Source of the DNA: Anthoceros angustus
Taxonomy: Eukaryota > Plantae > Anthocerotophyta
Assembly: GCA_010909165.1 (NCBI GenBank)
Contig: MU008176.1
Span: 1,046,856-1,110,855 of the forward strand
Length of the DNA stretch: 64,000 nucleotides
Reading direction: 5' to 3'
The notes under the pieces are model-generated. The model was not told where the DNA came from and made no database searches. It was given only the letters and a program-made list of their open reading frames with translations. The translations under genes were made by a program, and so were the position numbers. Shown here piece after piece: positions 12,790 to 25,663 of the stretch (its first letter is position 1; each line of letters begins with the position of its first letter).

Positions 12790-13850
12790 CAAAACGAAGG
12801 CGGATTCACATCACCGCAGCTTGGCGGAAGCTCCTCCTACACCAAAATTTGGGAAGAACCAGAACTGTCAGGATTCAAATGGAAGATGCCTACTTGCAGG
12901 ATGATATTCCTGTGGCTATGTGAAATGCCAATTTTGTCAGCAGGAAATGCCACCACTACCGGCAAACGCTTCACAACATGTGGTACATGCCCCCACGCTC
13001 GTGCATTTGCAATTGAGTGTTGCGCCAGATCGTGTAGAATTACGGACCAGTTGAGCCTTTTCTGTCTAGATGCAGGTGCCGGATTGAGATGCCATCCTTG
13101 AGTTTCCTAAAATCCTTGAGCTGTTGCAATTTACCATTGTCACCTATCTTGCATCTATTTTGAAGCAGGACCTACTTTTACAGTGTCTCGTGGCTGTAGT
13201 GTTTCTGTTGAATTATCTATGTTGGTGTCTCGCTAGAGGCTAAATTGCAAATCTTTTGTCTAGGTTATGGCTCGGTCGAAGCAAAGATACAGGAGATCGA
13301 GGTGAACGAAGTCGATGCTCCAAGCCTGTCTGAATTCAAAGCACGCATGGAAGCCATGTTTGACCTGTGGTATGTGGGTGACCTTTCTTATTGTCATTCA
13401 CTGTGTGGAACGTTACTTGCCATGTGTTGCGATTTATCCTGAGATTGTGTGCGGTTTTGCTCCTTGCTGAAAGGAGAAGTGCGCTTTTCAACCTGTGAAT
13501 CTAATTACAGGCTAGACTCATACCGATGTCTGTGTCGTATTGTAGAAAGATTATGAAGATCTTGCATTTTCTATCATGAACATTGTTTAATAGATCGCGA
13601 AGAAATCCCAGGTATACTTTGGAGTGTCACACGGTCTGTAGGTGTGTTTGGACAATGCAATGTCAGGTGTGTGCATGAGTTGGAACTTGGTCTAGCGATT
13701 GACATTTGACTCATGGTTGGGTTTTGACCTAACTGCTTTGTGTTTTCAGGCTGTGCACTTGTCCAATAGTGGCATGGATGTTGATCAACGGATCACTCAA
13801 AATGTGGAAAGGCTCTGTGGTGATCTTTCTAGACTTGTAACAGGAATATA
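12790..13850 (+). pseudogene. Exon-like fragments of an unidentified spliced gene in segment B (copy 1 ~5190-6260)
   Basis: AG/GT-flanked coding-like blocks, e.g. AG|GYGSVEAKIQEIEVNEVDAPSLSEFKARMEAMFDLW|GT and CAG|AVHLSNSGMDVDQRITQNVERLCGDLSRLV. Family not recognised. Confidence 0.35.
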
Positions 13851-14483
13851 GGAATCAGGACCTGTAAGAACTAGCCATCCTTGCTCAGGACTTGTAAGAA
13901 CTAGCCATCCTTGCTTCTGGTGACATACTATTCTGCTGACTGATTGCTTGTGAGACAGTCTGGAAGGACTTGTTTGTGTTGTACAATACTGGAGACTAAT
14001 GAGATGCTGAAAATTTTCTACTAGATGAAATTTTCTGCCTTCAAGTCCAAGTCTTGTGTTGTCTAGCTTAACTTTTGCATTAGTTTTCTCTCTCATGATT
14101 TGAGGTAACGTGGCAACAACCATGTATCCGCAAAGTCCTAGTATATAGAGTCTTTGCAGAGGAACTGCTGTACCTGCTCTGAAGGAGTCCTTGTCCAACA
14201 GGAATTCCTTCGCATGTAACTAGGTCAGGAAGTGAATAACGAGGTAGATACACGAACACCCTATTGATCCTAGTTTTCTGTATGACAATGAACATGAACT
14301 CTAAATGGATGTCCTCCTGGAAGAAGAAGCGCAGGCCCTTCTTATTGTCAGAACACAATGACGTATTTACAAGCGGCTAGAACGCAATGACATATTTACA
14401 AACGGGCCCTAATTGTTATCAGAACACAATGACATGCAGGCCACAACGTCTGCAGATGGCTATACGGGAGTTGACAGTCACGA

Positions 14484-15708
14484 TCAGCTGAGCATAGTAG
14501 GTGGACCTGTTTGCAGCATTCTCTTGAACATGTCCATTCCAAACGAGGAGTCCGAGGAACTGCAACGATGAACCAATGTTAAGCAACATGTGACTGAAAC
14601 AATGTTAAGCTGAACGCGAAAAGAAAGAGGCGTGACCTGGGAATCGTTATTTCGTAGGGAAGGAACCACTTCAGTGTTTAAGATGGGAGGTATGTGATCC
14701 TTCTTCTGATCAACTTTCTGTAAAATCTCCATCGTAACATCTCGTAGAGCGTTTTCCAGAACCGCTTGCCGCTTGGATCTCTCTTCAACGACTGATTCTG
14801 AGTGGTATCATTAACATGACAAACCGTTACTTACTCTGGAAGCATGAAACTCATCTCATAGCTGAGAGAGGCAGACTTGCCACCATCACCAAGGGAATAG
14901 ATACCTGAGTATGGTTTCTTGTGCGATTGCGAGGACAGCACAACATTAAGCTGCACACACCACTGCTCCCAGTCCAAACGTTCAACCTTGTTGCCAAACC
15001 AAGCTATCTTGTTGTTCTTGGTCTCATAGAAGGAGAGACAAACCTGCAGAAAGCTCCAACTCTTGAAGGCCTACTACTGCAGGCAACTGAGTGCCCAAAA
15101 CTGTTTTGAGAACTTTCCTGATCACAATTCTCCATGTCGAGATAGGGTTACCTGGCTTTTCTTGTTTGGGTGTTTCTCAGCCCATGTAAGAAACTGGTCA
15201 ATCTTTTCGTCAATCCTTTTTTCAACATCAGGATCCCCGCACTGCACCTGAACCATGGTAAGCAGATAAAAGTATCAATATCATGCAGACCTACTCCTGA
15301 AGCTTTTTAAAAACAGCAACTGGATGGGAAGCTGCAGACCAACAACTGACATAGGTTATCTCAAAAAGCTCGGAGTCGATGTCTCGAGGACGAACTTGTC
15401 CAAAGGCGCGGTTGAACATTATGGTATGCAAGATGCCTGACATGCGACATTATCTCGATGAGAAGGTTAACCCTTTACAGCTCTATTGACACACAACGTG
15501 CAAAAAACAAAGCAGAATCATTCACCAAAGAATCCGACAACGCACATCTTAGCGCTTCCCGAATTTGATACTGCTCCAGCTCCTGCACGATAGCAAGCAT
15601 CTCATTCTGACTATTCCAACCACAAACCATTGATCCCGAACGGAAAACTAAATTCTATCACAACTTGCGACCTACCAGCTCTTTCAGATAAAACACCTCG
15701 CAATTCAT
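14484..15708 (-). CDS. ATG101: Autophagy-related protein 101 (HORMA subunit of the ATG1/ATG13 complex); best-preserved copy, 7 exons
   Basis: Manual splicing gives MNCEVFYLKEL|ELEQYQIREALRC|ILHTIMFNRAFGQVRPRDIDSELFEITY|VQCGDPDVEKRIDEKIDQFLTWAEKHPNKKSQ|VCLSFYETKNNKIAWFGNKVERLDWEQWCVQLNVV...|...KVDQKKDHIPPILNTEVV(PFP)YEITIP|SSSDSSFGMDMFKRMLQTGPPTMLS*, with GT-AG introns. This matches plant ATG101. One apparent homopolymer frameshift near 14660. Confidence 0.92.
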
Positions 15709-16163
15709 GGTGCAAGGGATCAATAACCCGCTGCAAATTCCTGTGGCATGCAAAGAGAGGACCCTGAAGAGACCTGCAAACACGCAGTCGCCCCGACAGA
15801 AAAATTGTTATCACGAATTCAGATGACGAGATCACAAGCTCCTGTGTTGCTTTGCAGGTCGCCATACCTCCTCTACGAACTAAAGCTCAACTGCCTTCCT
15901 TGGGAAATTCAGATCCTGGCGCGCAGATCATCTTGGCTGGCTGCCGACAACTGGCGACACGATGAAATACATGCGTGGAGCTTTACACTTGCTAGGGCTG
16001 GTCTGTTTGAGCTTCCACACACCGATCCCCTCGAGGCAGCTGGTGGGCAAAATATATGTTCTTTGGAGATATACACATAATCGGGTCTCTCAAGATTTTT
16101 GTGCAAGAGTTTACGCACTTGATTTTGCGCAGACAGCAGCTGCGCGTGAGCCCCTGTGCTGCC
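15709..16163. promoter_or_regulatory. Putative bidirectional promoter between ATG101 (-) and TRAPPC13 (+)
   Basis: The two start codons are head-to-head, 455 bp apart. Function is inferred from geometry only. Confidence 0.65.
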
Positions 16164-18739
16164 ATGAGCTCCGTGAGTGGGGCGAACCATTCCCTGGCAT
16201 TCAGGGTTATGCGCCTGTGCAGACCTTCGTTGGCTGTGGATCAGTCTTTGCGCCTAGACCCCTTGGATTTCAGCCTTGGTGAGGACGAATGTGCGGATGT
16301 TGAATCGGATCCGACAAGCGAGGAGGGCTGGTGGCGAAGAAATGCTGTGAAGGAACCTGTGGAGTTGCTGGGTCTCTCTGGGCTCATGGTTCTACCTCAA
16401 ACTTTTGGGTCGGTAATTCCAACGGTCCTTGAATCTGCCAGCTCTCTTGAAGGATTTGGGAGAGTGTCATCAGACCTGATAAGCCGTGGAAAAAATGTGC
16501 TGATGATGGAGAAAAATGGCGTGTGTTTAACGAATACTATGCTTTTTGGGGCTAGCAGGATGCTGGCCGGTTGTCGTGTCCGATTGTATTGAAGCTGTGT
16601 GCTGTTCTCCCTGCAGTTCGATTTACCTCGGAGAAACATTTTGCAGCTATATCAGTGTTGGCAACGGGACAAATCATGATGTCAGAGATGTCGGAATCAA
16701 GGTGAGACTTCTCCTCGTTCTAGGAGAGGCAGGCTGACGATATGGATGTTTGGTAGGTCTGCACTGCTTGTAAATCGCAACTTTGGTGGGCTGACTGCAG
16801 ACATACATCGGATGTCTATGGTTCAGGCTGAGTTGCAGACAGATCGACAAAGAACTGTCCTTGTGGACAACACCAAGAGTCCCATGGACTTCATCAGGTC
16901 TGGAGGCCGCTATGACTTTATCATTGAGCATGACATCAAGGAATTGGGAGCTCACACGTGAGTCTGGCTATATGTCAGTGAAGTACATTGTACTATGTCT
17001 TTCGATGGCTCAATGACAACCTTCTGCTTTGTTTGGTAGGCTTGTATGCATGGCCGTATATACAGATGCAGATGGAGAACGGAAGTATCTTCCTCAGTAC
17101 TTCAAATTCATGGCCTCCAACCCTCTTGCAGTTCGAACTAAGGTGACAAGAAGTGTATGGAAGCCGTTAGCAGGATGCAAGCTGCCGTTTTTCCTAGCCC
17201 AGGCAGCAGGGAAACCTTGTTCAATTAGATCAAAGTACTTGCAACTCAGACCTCTTGCTACCATTACTAACCCAGATTGTTGGTCTTGCCAAGGTGCGAA
17301 CAGTGAAGGTAAATTTCCTCCGCTGTGTGTTTGCTTAATCCTGTTTTAGCCTGTGCAAGTGCCCACATCTGGATCCATGCAAGAGTCTGATGGCTTATGA
17401 TTGTGGTTGCAGGAGAGCACCTTCTTGGAAGCTTGCATTGAGAACAGCACGAAGTCTCATTTGTTTCTGGACCAAGTTCGCTTTGAACCAGCACCTCCTC
17501 TAACTGTGACAGAGGTGGAGGTGGAACGGCAAGAAGAAACACCTACGGGCCCGTTGAGGTGAGTTACCGGCAACTGGCCCATTTAGTCAGTGTCGTCGGT
17601 GTTAGCTAGATCAGTTTGCCTGATTGTAAACCATGTGAACTTGCATGATCTTTCTTGTGCAGGCATTGAGTGTCTGACTGTGGCCATTTCAGTGGATTAT
17701 TGAAGGATGTCAAGTTGGTGAAAGCGAATGGAGGCATTCGACACTTCCTGTATGAGCTGAAGCGGCCTAAGGTAGAGCCAGCTTCGGCAAAAACTGATGG
17801 TCGGAACACCCTAGGAAAACTGGAAATCCTCTGGCGCACAACGTTGGGTGAGCCAGGTCGGCTCCAAACTCAGCAGATACTTGGCAATGTGAGTTGCCCA
17901 ACCTTGGTTGCTGATTGGATGTGATTTGTACGTGCTAGTTGTTATCTTTGGTTTAATTGCTGTCGTTTGGTGGTCTGAGCAGCCTATACCTCAGAGAGAA
18001 GTGGAGTTGCGGATTGCAGAACTGCCATCTCGAATAATCTTGGAGCGACCTTTCTTGGTGCATTTCGACACTTAAATTTAAGTCCCTTTTTCAATTGGAA
18101 TCTGTCAAGTTATGGTGTTTGACAGCGTAGCCTCTGTCTTGTTTAAATCAGGTGCGTATTTGTGTTGGAAATCACACAGATCGTCATGTGGGACCACTGA
18201 AAATTTCCATGTCCCAAGAAGATGACCAGGGAGTTACCAGGGCAGTTGTTGTGAACGGGCTTTGGAGCTTGGTGAGATTTCTAGTTTTACACACATGACC
18301 ATTAGACATTCTGTTCAAATGCATTCAGTCCTTTCATTGTGTTGAAATCTGTCCAGAAGCTTGTGACCTGAATGCTGTGGTGAATCAGATTGTACCCGTG
18401 CTTGAGCCTTATGCCTCCACAGATTTCAATTTGGTAAGCTGCATACAGCCCTAAGTCCAGCTTCTCCAGTCTGCACTGTTGAGCAAGTCAAGCTCCCTGA
18501 AACTTTACCTTGTATGCGCAAATGCTGATCACAGAGTTTGGTAGCAACAAGTATTGGGGTTCAATGGATAGCAGGAATCAGCATTTCTGACACCCGTGAT
18601 GGAAAACCTTACGATACTCTTATGGCAACTGAGGCACGGCGTTTGACTATTCAGATATTTGTGCATGCAAATCCTGCAGCTTCTCGTTAGCTCTGATGGG
18701 ACTCCTTTCTCTTAATAGGTCTTCGTGGAACCAAGCTGA
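16164..18739 (+). CDS. TRAPPC13: Trafficking protein particle complex subunit 13 (TRAPPC13/TRS65, DUF974), multi-exon
   Basis: Spliced product MSSVSGANHSLAFRVMRLCRPSL...LMVLPQTFG|SIYLGETFCSYISVGN...DVGIK|AELQTDRQR...GGRYDFIIEHDIKELGAHT|LVCMAVYTDADGERKYLPQYFKFMASNPLAVRTK|...LGKLEILWRTTLGEPGRLQTQQI...|VFVEPS*. These are hallmark motifs. The last exon is uncertain. Confidence 0.92.
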
Positions 18740-19768
18740 TGAAAAATCGGAGCAGGTAAATGTAACTCACCAACATTGCCGACATCCATTAAAACAACCC
18801 ACCAACGTTGCCCCTTGATCCCGGTAAGCATCCTTGAATTCAGCTTTCCTCATCGTCCAGTTTTGTGTTGTAGTTTCTAACGATCCAGGAATTTGGCAAG
18901 CAACAGAGAGGCATGGAGGCAATAGAAGCGGTGAAGTCCTTCCAGAGTTGTGAACTTTTTGTATCATAATAATACTTTTGCAATTCTTTCAAACTTCGAG
19001 CTCTTCCACCTTGGGAGGCTTGTAGGTACGTTTCCCCGGAAAGTACTAAAAATACTAAAAATAAAGTGAAACTTGAAAATTGAGACAATTGCGAATTTTC
19101 CCACTGGAGCCCTCTAGCAGCGAAGAACCTGGAAGGTTCAATGACAGGTAGGTAGACTTCATTAGGTTAAGGCAAGCCCTATCTCGGGTGAATTCTGACA
19201 CCGGGCTATCAATGGAACCTTGGCATCGTTCTAGATACTTCCATTGCTTCTCCTTTTACGACGTGCAGCGTAGGAGGAGGTTCAGCTACAGCAGCTTGAC
19301 GTGAGCACTCGGCGTCGGCGGGGTTACGGTGTGCTACGTCTTCCTCCTGGTGAGCCGGTCTTCAAATTTTTTGCATTTCGTGTAGCAGGTGTTTGAAACT
19401 TGCTTGGCGCTGTAAGGGCAATGTGACAGGAAATCCTGCAATGTCCTTCATCTTTCAGCTCGTCCAGCGCCGGCGGTGATTGTAACATCCTTCTTATGTT
19501 GTGTGAACTATGTCTCGGGATGCCATTGCTGCGTCCATGGCTCCGCAATTAGGTCCGTTGGCCGAAGTTGGGTGATTTGGCTTGCAACGATGTCGGATGA
19601 GTCTTGTCCGTGTGCCGATTTGGATTTCCTGCTGTTCACTGGTTTTGGGCATTTTTGTTTGGGGAGAATACGTTGCCATAAATTCGCTGACGTGTGTGAG
19701 TGGCAGCTTTGGGGCAGGTCTCATCGTCATACCTGGATCAGCTAGGGAAGCCGCAATTGGAGCAGAGA

Positions 19769-20578
19769 ATGGCTGCTGGTGTCGGGGAGGATTTATTTGA
19801 ATTGAGGCGGCTGCTGTCGGAAGCAAAGCGTCCTAGGGTCCGGCAACTGCTTTCCAGGGAGATTGACAATCTGTCCACATCACAGTTAGGTTCATCAGCG
19901 GTATCCTCTTCTGGAGCAGAACCGAAGACAGTGGTCCAGCAGCAACCAGTGGTGCAACAGCAACCTGTGGCGCAACAGAAGTCTGCCCCTGCTCCCGTGC
20001 AGAGCTCGCCACAACGGCAGGCGACAAGTGTCCCAGTCCCGACTTCCAAGGTCGCCTCCACCGGAGACGTCCGTTACAACACTCTCTCGACATTCAGCTG
20101 GGAGCAGACTAGTGACAGGGTGAAGATCTACTACCCGCTGGAAGGAGCCAGCGAGGACAGAGTGTCTGCCACTTTCCAGCAGTCGTCCTTCGATATCAAG
20201 ATTTACGATGTGAACGGCAAGAACTACCGGTGCGGAATCCCGAGATTGAACAAAGTGATTTCTCCCGAGAACTCGAAGGTGGTGGTGAAGCCTAAGCGCA
20301 TCATTGTTTCCTTGGCGAAGAAGGAGACGGGCAACTGGCTGGATCTTCACAAGAAAGAGGACAAGTTAAAGGGCTCACTGGATGGTAAGGAAAGCAAGGA
20401 CCCTATGGCAGGGATCATGGATATGATGAAGAACATGTATGAAGACGGCGACGACAACATGAAGAGGACCATTGCCCAGGCATGGACGGAAGCTAGGAAA
20501 GGAGACAAGTCGAAGTCTGGTGTCAATCCGCTGGGAAAACAGACTCTTGGGCTGGATAACTTCGGTAGCGGCCTCTGA
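19769..20578 (+). CDS. CACYBP: Calcyclin-binding protein / Siah-interacting protein (N-terminal helical, CS/p23 and SGS domains), single exon
   Basis: DLFELRRLLSEAKRPRVRQLL (N-domain), YNTLSTFSWEQTSDRVKIY (CS), DPMAGIMDMMKNMYEDGDDNMKRTIAQAW (SGS). First ATG at 19769; the ORF track starts at an upstream GTG. Confidence 0.92.
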   Translation: MAAGVGEDLFELRRLLSEAKRPRVRQLLSREIDNLSTSQLGSSAVSSSGAEPKTVVQQQPVVQQQPVAQQKSAPAPVQSSPQRQATSVPVPTSKVASTGDVRYNTLSTFSWEQTSDRVKIYYPLEGASEDRVSATFQQSSFDIKIYDVNGKNYRCGIPRLNKVISPENSKVVVKPKRIIVSLAKKETGNWLDLHKKEDKLKGSLDGKESKDPMAGIMDMMKNMYEDGDDNMKRTIAQAWTEARKGDKSKSGVNPLGKQTLGLDNFGSGL

Positions 20579-21265
20579 CCAGTTATCAAGATCCTGTTTC
20601 AAACAGAAAGAGATACTGCATGTTTGCAATTTAGATGTCCCTGAATGCAGGCGTAGCGGTGGTTTTGTAGGTTGTAGTTCGTGTTGCTCCGACTGTACCC
20701 TATGTGAGACGGCTTTAGTGAATGTTGTTGGAGACCCTTTTGATAGGCTGGGTGATAACGTTTGTGTCTAGAGAGCCTAGGCAAACAGAGTAAGGGACAA
20801 GACAGCAGCTTAGCTCTTGAAACGGGCATTGTGTTTGGTTGCAAACACAATGTACCATGCTCCTCTGGGCTTGCAGGATGTGGTCCTTCACTCACTCCAA
20901 CTTGCAGTGTTGCAGCCAGATGACATCGTAAGTGTTCTGCAAATTAGGCAAGCGTACGACCAGCTTACACAGCGTACTCACGCCTTCCGCTGCTGCACCG
21001 AATGCCGGGTTGTCTGAAATTCCTTATACACCTGTAGGTAGGTAAAGATACGAAATGAAACACCTAGGCCACAGGTGTGTTGGAGGTGTGCCTATGTATA
21101 ATAAACGTGTGGGTAATTTGGCACCGGAGAATGACCGGGTGAGGTGAGTCGAGCAGAAATATCCCGTCCGACGTGAGCCCTGTAAAGAAGATCTGCAGGC
21201 TGCCGCCTCCCGGTAGTTCAATTTAATCTGGAAGGCTGTTGTGTTTGCCAACGCTGGTGGGAGGC

Positions 21266-23240
<1,975 letters not shown>

Positions 23241-23584
23241 CATCCGAAGCCCACTCACACCATAACATGGCTGCAAGGGCATCGCTGACAACAACTGGAG
23301 GCAGATGTCTGTGACGCCAGACCAGCACGGTGTCCTAACCTGCTGGAAAGTTTTGATCACATCCATCATCGGCACCAGGTAACGGACCAGGAAAACTGAG
23401 CGAGGATACTGTGGGTGAGTAGGCAACCATGTGTAAGTAGGGGAAGATCTCCACATCGAATTGGTGGAGGCATGCAACCTGCATTGCATTGCACTGTGGG
23501 CCATAATGACCCGAGTCGACAGCCACATGCGTAGAACCCACGCATGATGTTGCCGGCGTAAACATTCTTCACATACTTAGACTT

Positions 23585-23658
23585 GCCTGGATGGTGTAGT
23601 TGGTTATCACGCCAGTCTCACTCTCTAGAGGTTTCCAGTTCGAACCTGGGTTCAGATA
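23585..23658 (+). tRNA. trnV-CAC: Degenerate tRNA-Val(CAC), probable pseudogene
   Basis: GCCTGGATGGTGTAGTTGGTTATCACGCCAGTCTCACTCTCTAGAGGTTTCCAGTTCGAACCTGGGTTCAGATA resembles plant tRNA-Val(CAC). A and B boxes are present, but the acceptor and anticodon stems have mismatches and no T-run terminator follows. Confidence 0.7.
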
Positions 23659-24374
23659 TATCCCATGAAACCATTCTTTGCATAGATTACGAACAACGTT
23701 CTTCGATTGAAAACCGGAGTTATGTCAGTAAAATGCAGAAAGCATATCTTCAGGCGGTGGCCTCCCAAATCTTGTACGCGGCCACTGAGATCTTCCAGCA
23801 CCCTCGCCCACAGCCTGGTCACATCCAGGCCGTCGCGCACACCGTGACGAGGATATTCACAAATCCTCCAGTACAGTGGGGAGCGAGCTTGACGGAGTCG
23901 CTCCCCCAAGTTGGCAAGTCGGCCTACTACCAGCCCAGGAGCTGTAGAGTACCAACGTGCAGGTTTAGGCGCCGTCAGCGACATGCGGCAGGTGGGGCGT
24001 GGCCCGGCGTTGGCTGCCGCCTCAAAACCTCAAAGCCTGATGAGAGACGTTGCCCACAGTTCCTGGGCCCTCCCCGGCCCCGGCCCCGGCTGCGGCCGCG
24101 CCGGCGGGAAGATCTCTAGCGCGTGCTGACAATGTCGGATGAGGGATGAGGGATGAGGGACGCGGGGGACGTCCTCCCCCCTTTGCTCTCTCTCCTCTTT
24201 CTAGTTCTACACATGCGACGGGCGCTATTAGCAGTGGCCACACTTGGTGATCTGAAACTGGATCGTACTTGTGAAGTTTCTTCCGCTTCCACCTCCAGCA
24301 TCGGAAACGAGCAGACTTGCAGTTCAGACTTCAGAGCGGTGGCCTGGCCTTGGCAATCTGTGCGCTGATCAGCG

Positions 24375-25154
24375 ATGGGCTCGCTTATGGCTGGCTGGGA
24401 CTCCCCGATATCACCGCGCGGAGGTGAGGATTGGGGTTGGCACGGGCTTTGATTTGTGGATGTAGGACGCAATGTTTGTGGTGGTGGTGGGTTCTTCAAC
24501 GGTGCCTTGCCTGCGTCAGATATGCGGCGGAACTCGTCCTTGACTAAAGAGGAGGTGGAGAAATTCTGGAGGAGCAAGAAACAGAACATCGAAGAGCACC
24601 TGCGGGAAGCCATGGCTCAACAGCAGCAGGCTTGCGGGGAAGGGACCTCGGTGAGCTAGGCCGAAGCCGAAGCGGAAGGCAAAGCTTTTGATAATCTGGG
24701 CCAAGGCCATCCGTGGTTTTAAATCATGGTGAGGTTGGCATTGTCCTGCGCAGGATTCCTCCTCTGCTGACGCGGTAACGCACGTTGAGCACCGCAGGGC
24801 CGTAACCATCCCAGGGGCGGATGGTCGAGACGTCAAGGCTCGTGAGTCGGAATCAGCTGACTTCCCGCCCGGGAGCGGAGACTGGTAATCACGCGCGCTT
24901 AGCAAGTGCTGGGCTAGGCTAAGCCAGTGTTCTTCCAGGATTGTATTGCAGAGAGATTTATCAAGTGCGGTGTGGCTGACAGTGTGCTGTGCTTTGGCAG
25001 GTGGACGAGGAGCAGCTGGGCTTTTCTGAACGAGCCGCCCCAGGATATCAGACCTGGGCAGGGAGGCAGCTATGTCCCGCAATTCGATGTTGCAGCTCGA
25101 GCGCAGCTGAGCAGGGAAATGGGGTCCAGCTTCAGTGGTTTGTCAGCGACATGA
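24375..25154 (+). CDS. Small plant-specific protein of unknown function (MGSLMAGWD / SLTKEEVEKFWR / WWTRSSWAFLNEPP family), 4 exons
   Basis: Exons ~24375-24423, 24520-24651, 24754-~24885 and ~25001-25154 splice in frame with GT-AG ends. All three conserved family motifs are present. Confidence 0.82.
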
Positions 25155-25663
25155 ATCACTCTTGTTGACAAGTTTGGCTAATTCAATACCACATAGTAGA
25201 ACATGAACGCGGCAAGTTTGGTAGTTTCCTTTACATGTACAGCGTGTACAGTGTCTTCGAGTTTATAAACAGTTTAGAATTTGTAACGGCTTTCATCCGT
25301 CTGAGCCTGGATTTTGCAGTGCTAGCAAAGCATTTTTCAGACCTGTATACAGGGCCTTACAACGTCCTTTCTGTAGCCCACTTTTCCGCTGTGCAGCCAT
25401 GTCGGTCAGTGCTTGCTGCTTGTCGGGCCCAAGCCTGCAGGAAAACCAACTTAGATAAGTCGACAACGTGCATGATGGAGAGATACCCGCCTTGACACGC
25501 CCAGTACATTCTAGTGGAAAATGACCTTCAGAAGTGCTACCCACCTTGACAGGCCTCTTCACCCCGCTCATGCTTTACACTCTCGACTTTAAGTCCTACC
25601 CACTTGAAAATCACAGTTGGCAGTCACCCATCTCCACGGACTCAGTTGAGCTTGGCTTGTGGA

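Larger units (their letters stand above)
87..16391. repeat. Tandem segmental array A-B-A-B-A (A ~2.2 kb at 87-2269, 6467-8627, 14110-16391; B ~4.2 kb at 2270-6466 and, with an internal duplication, 8628-14109)
   Basis: The same sequence recurs at ~100, ~6480 and ~14123 (GTATCCGCAxAGTCCTA). Only the third A continues into TRAPPC13; the first two switch after GGCTCATGGTT to AT-rich B sequence. Bases 1-86 differ from the B end that precedes A2 and A3. Confidence 0.93.

Noticed and set aside
16056-16592. 178-aa ORF as a standalone gene
   Set aside because: It is TRAPPC13 exon 1 extended into the upstream region and intron 1.
18767-19550. Possible small spliced minus-strand gene between TRAPPC13 and CacyBP
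   Set aside because: Some splice-like sites exist, but I could not build a consistent reading frame or recognise a family.
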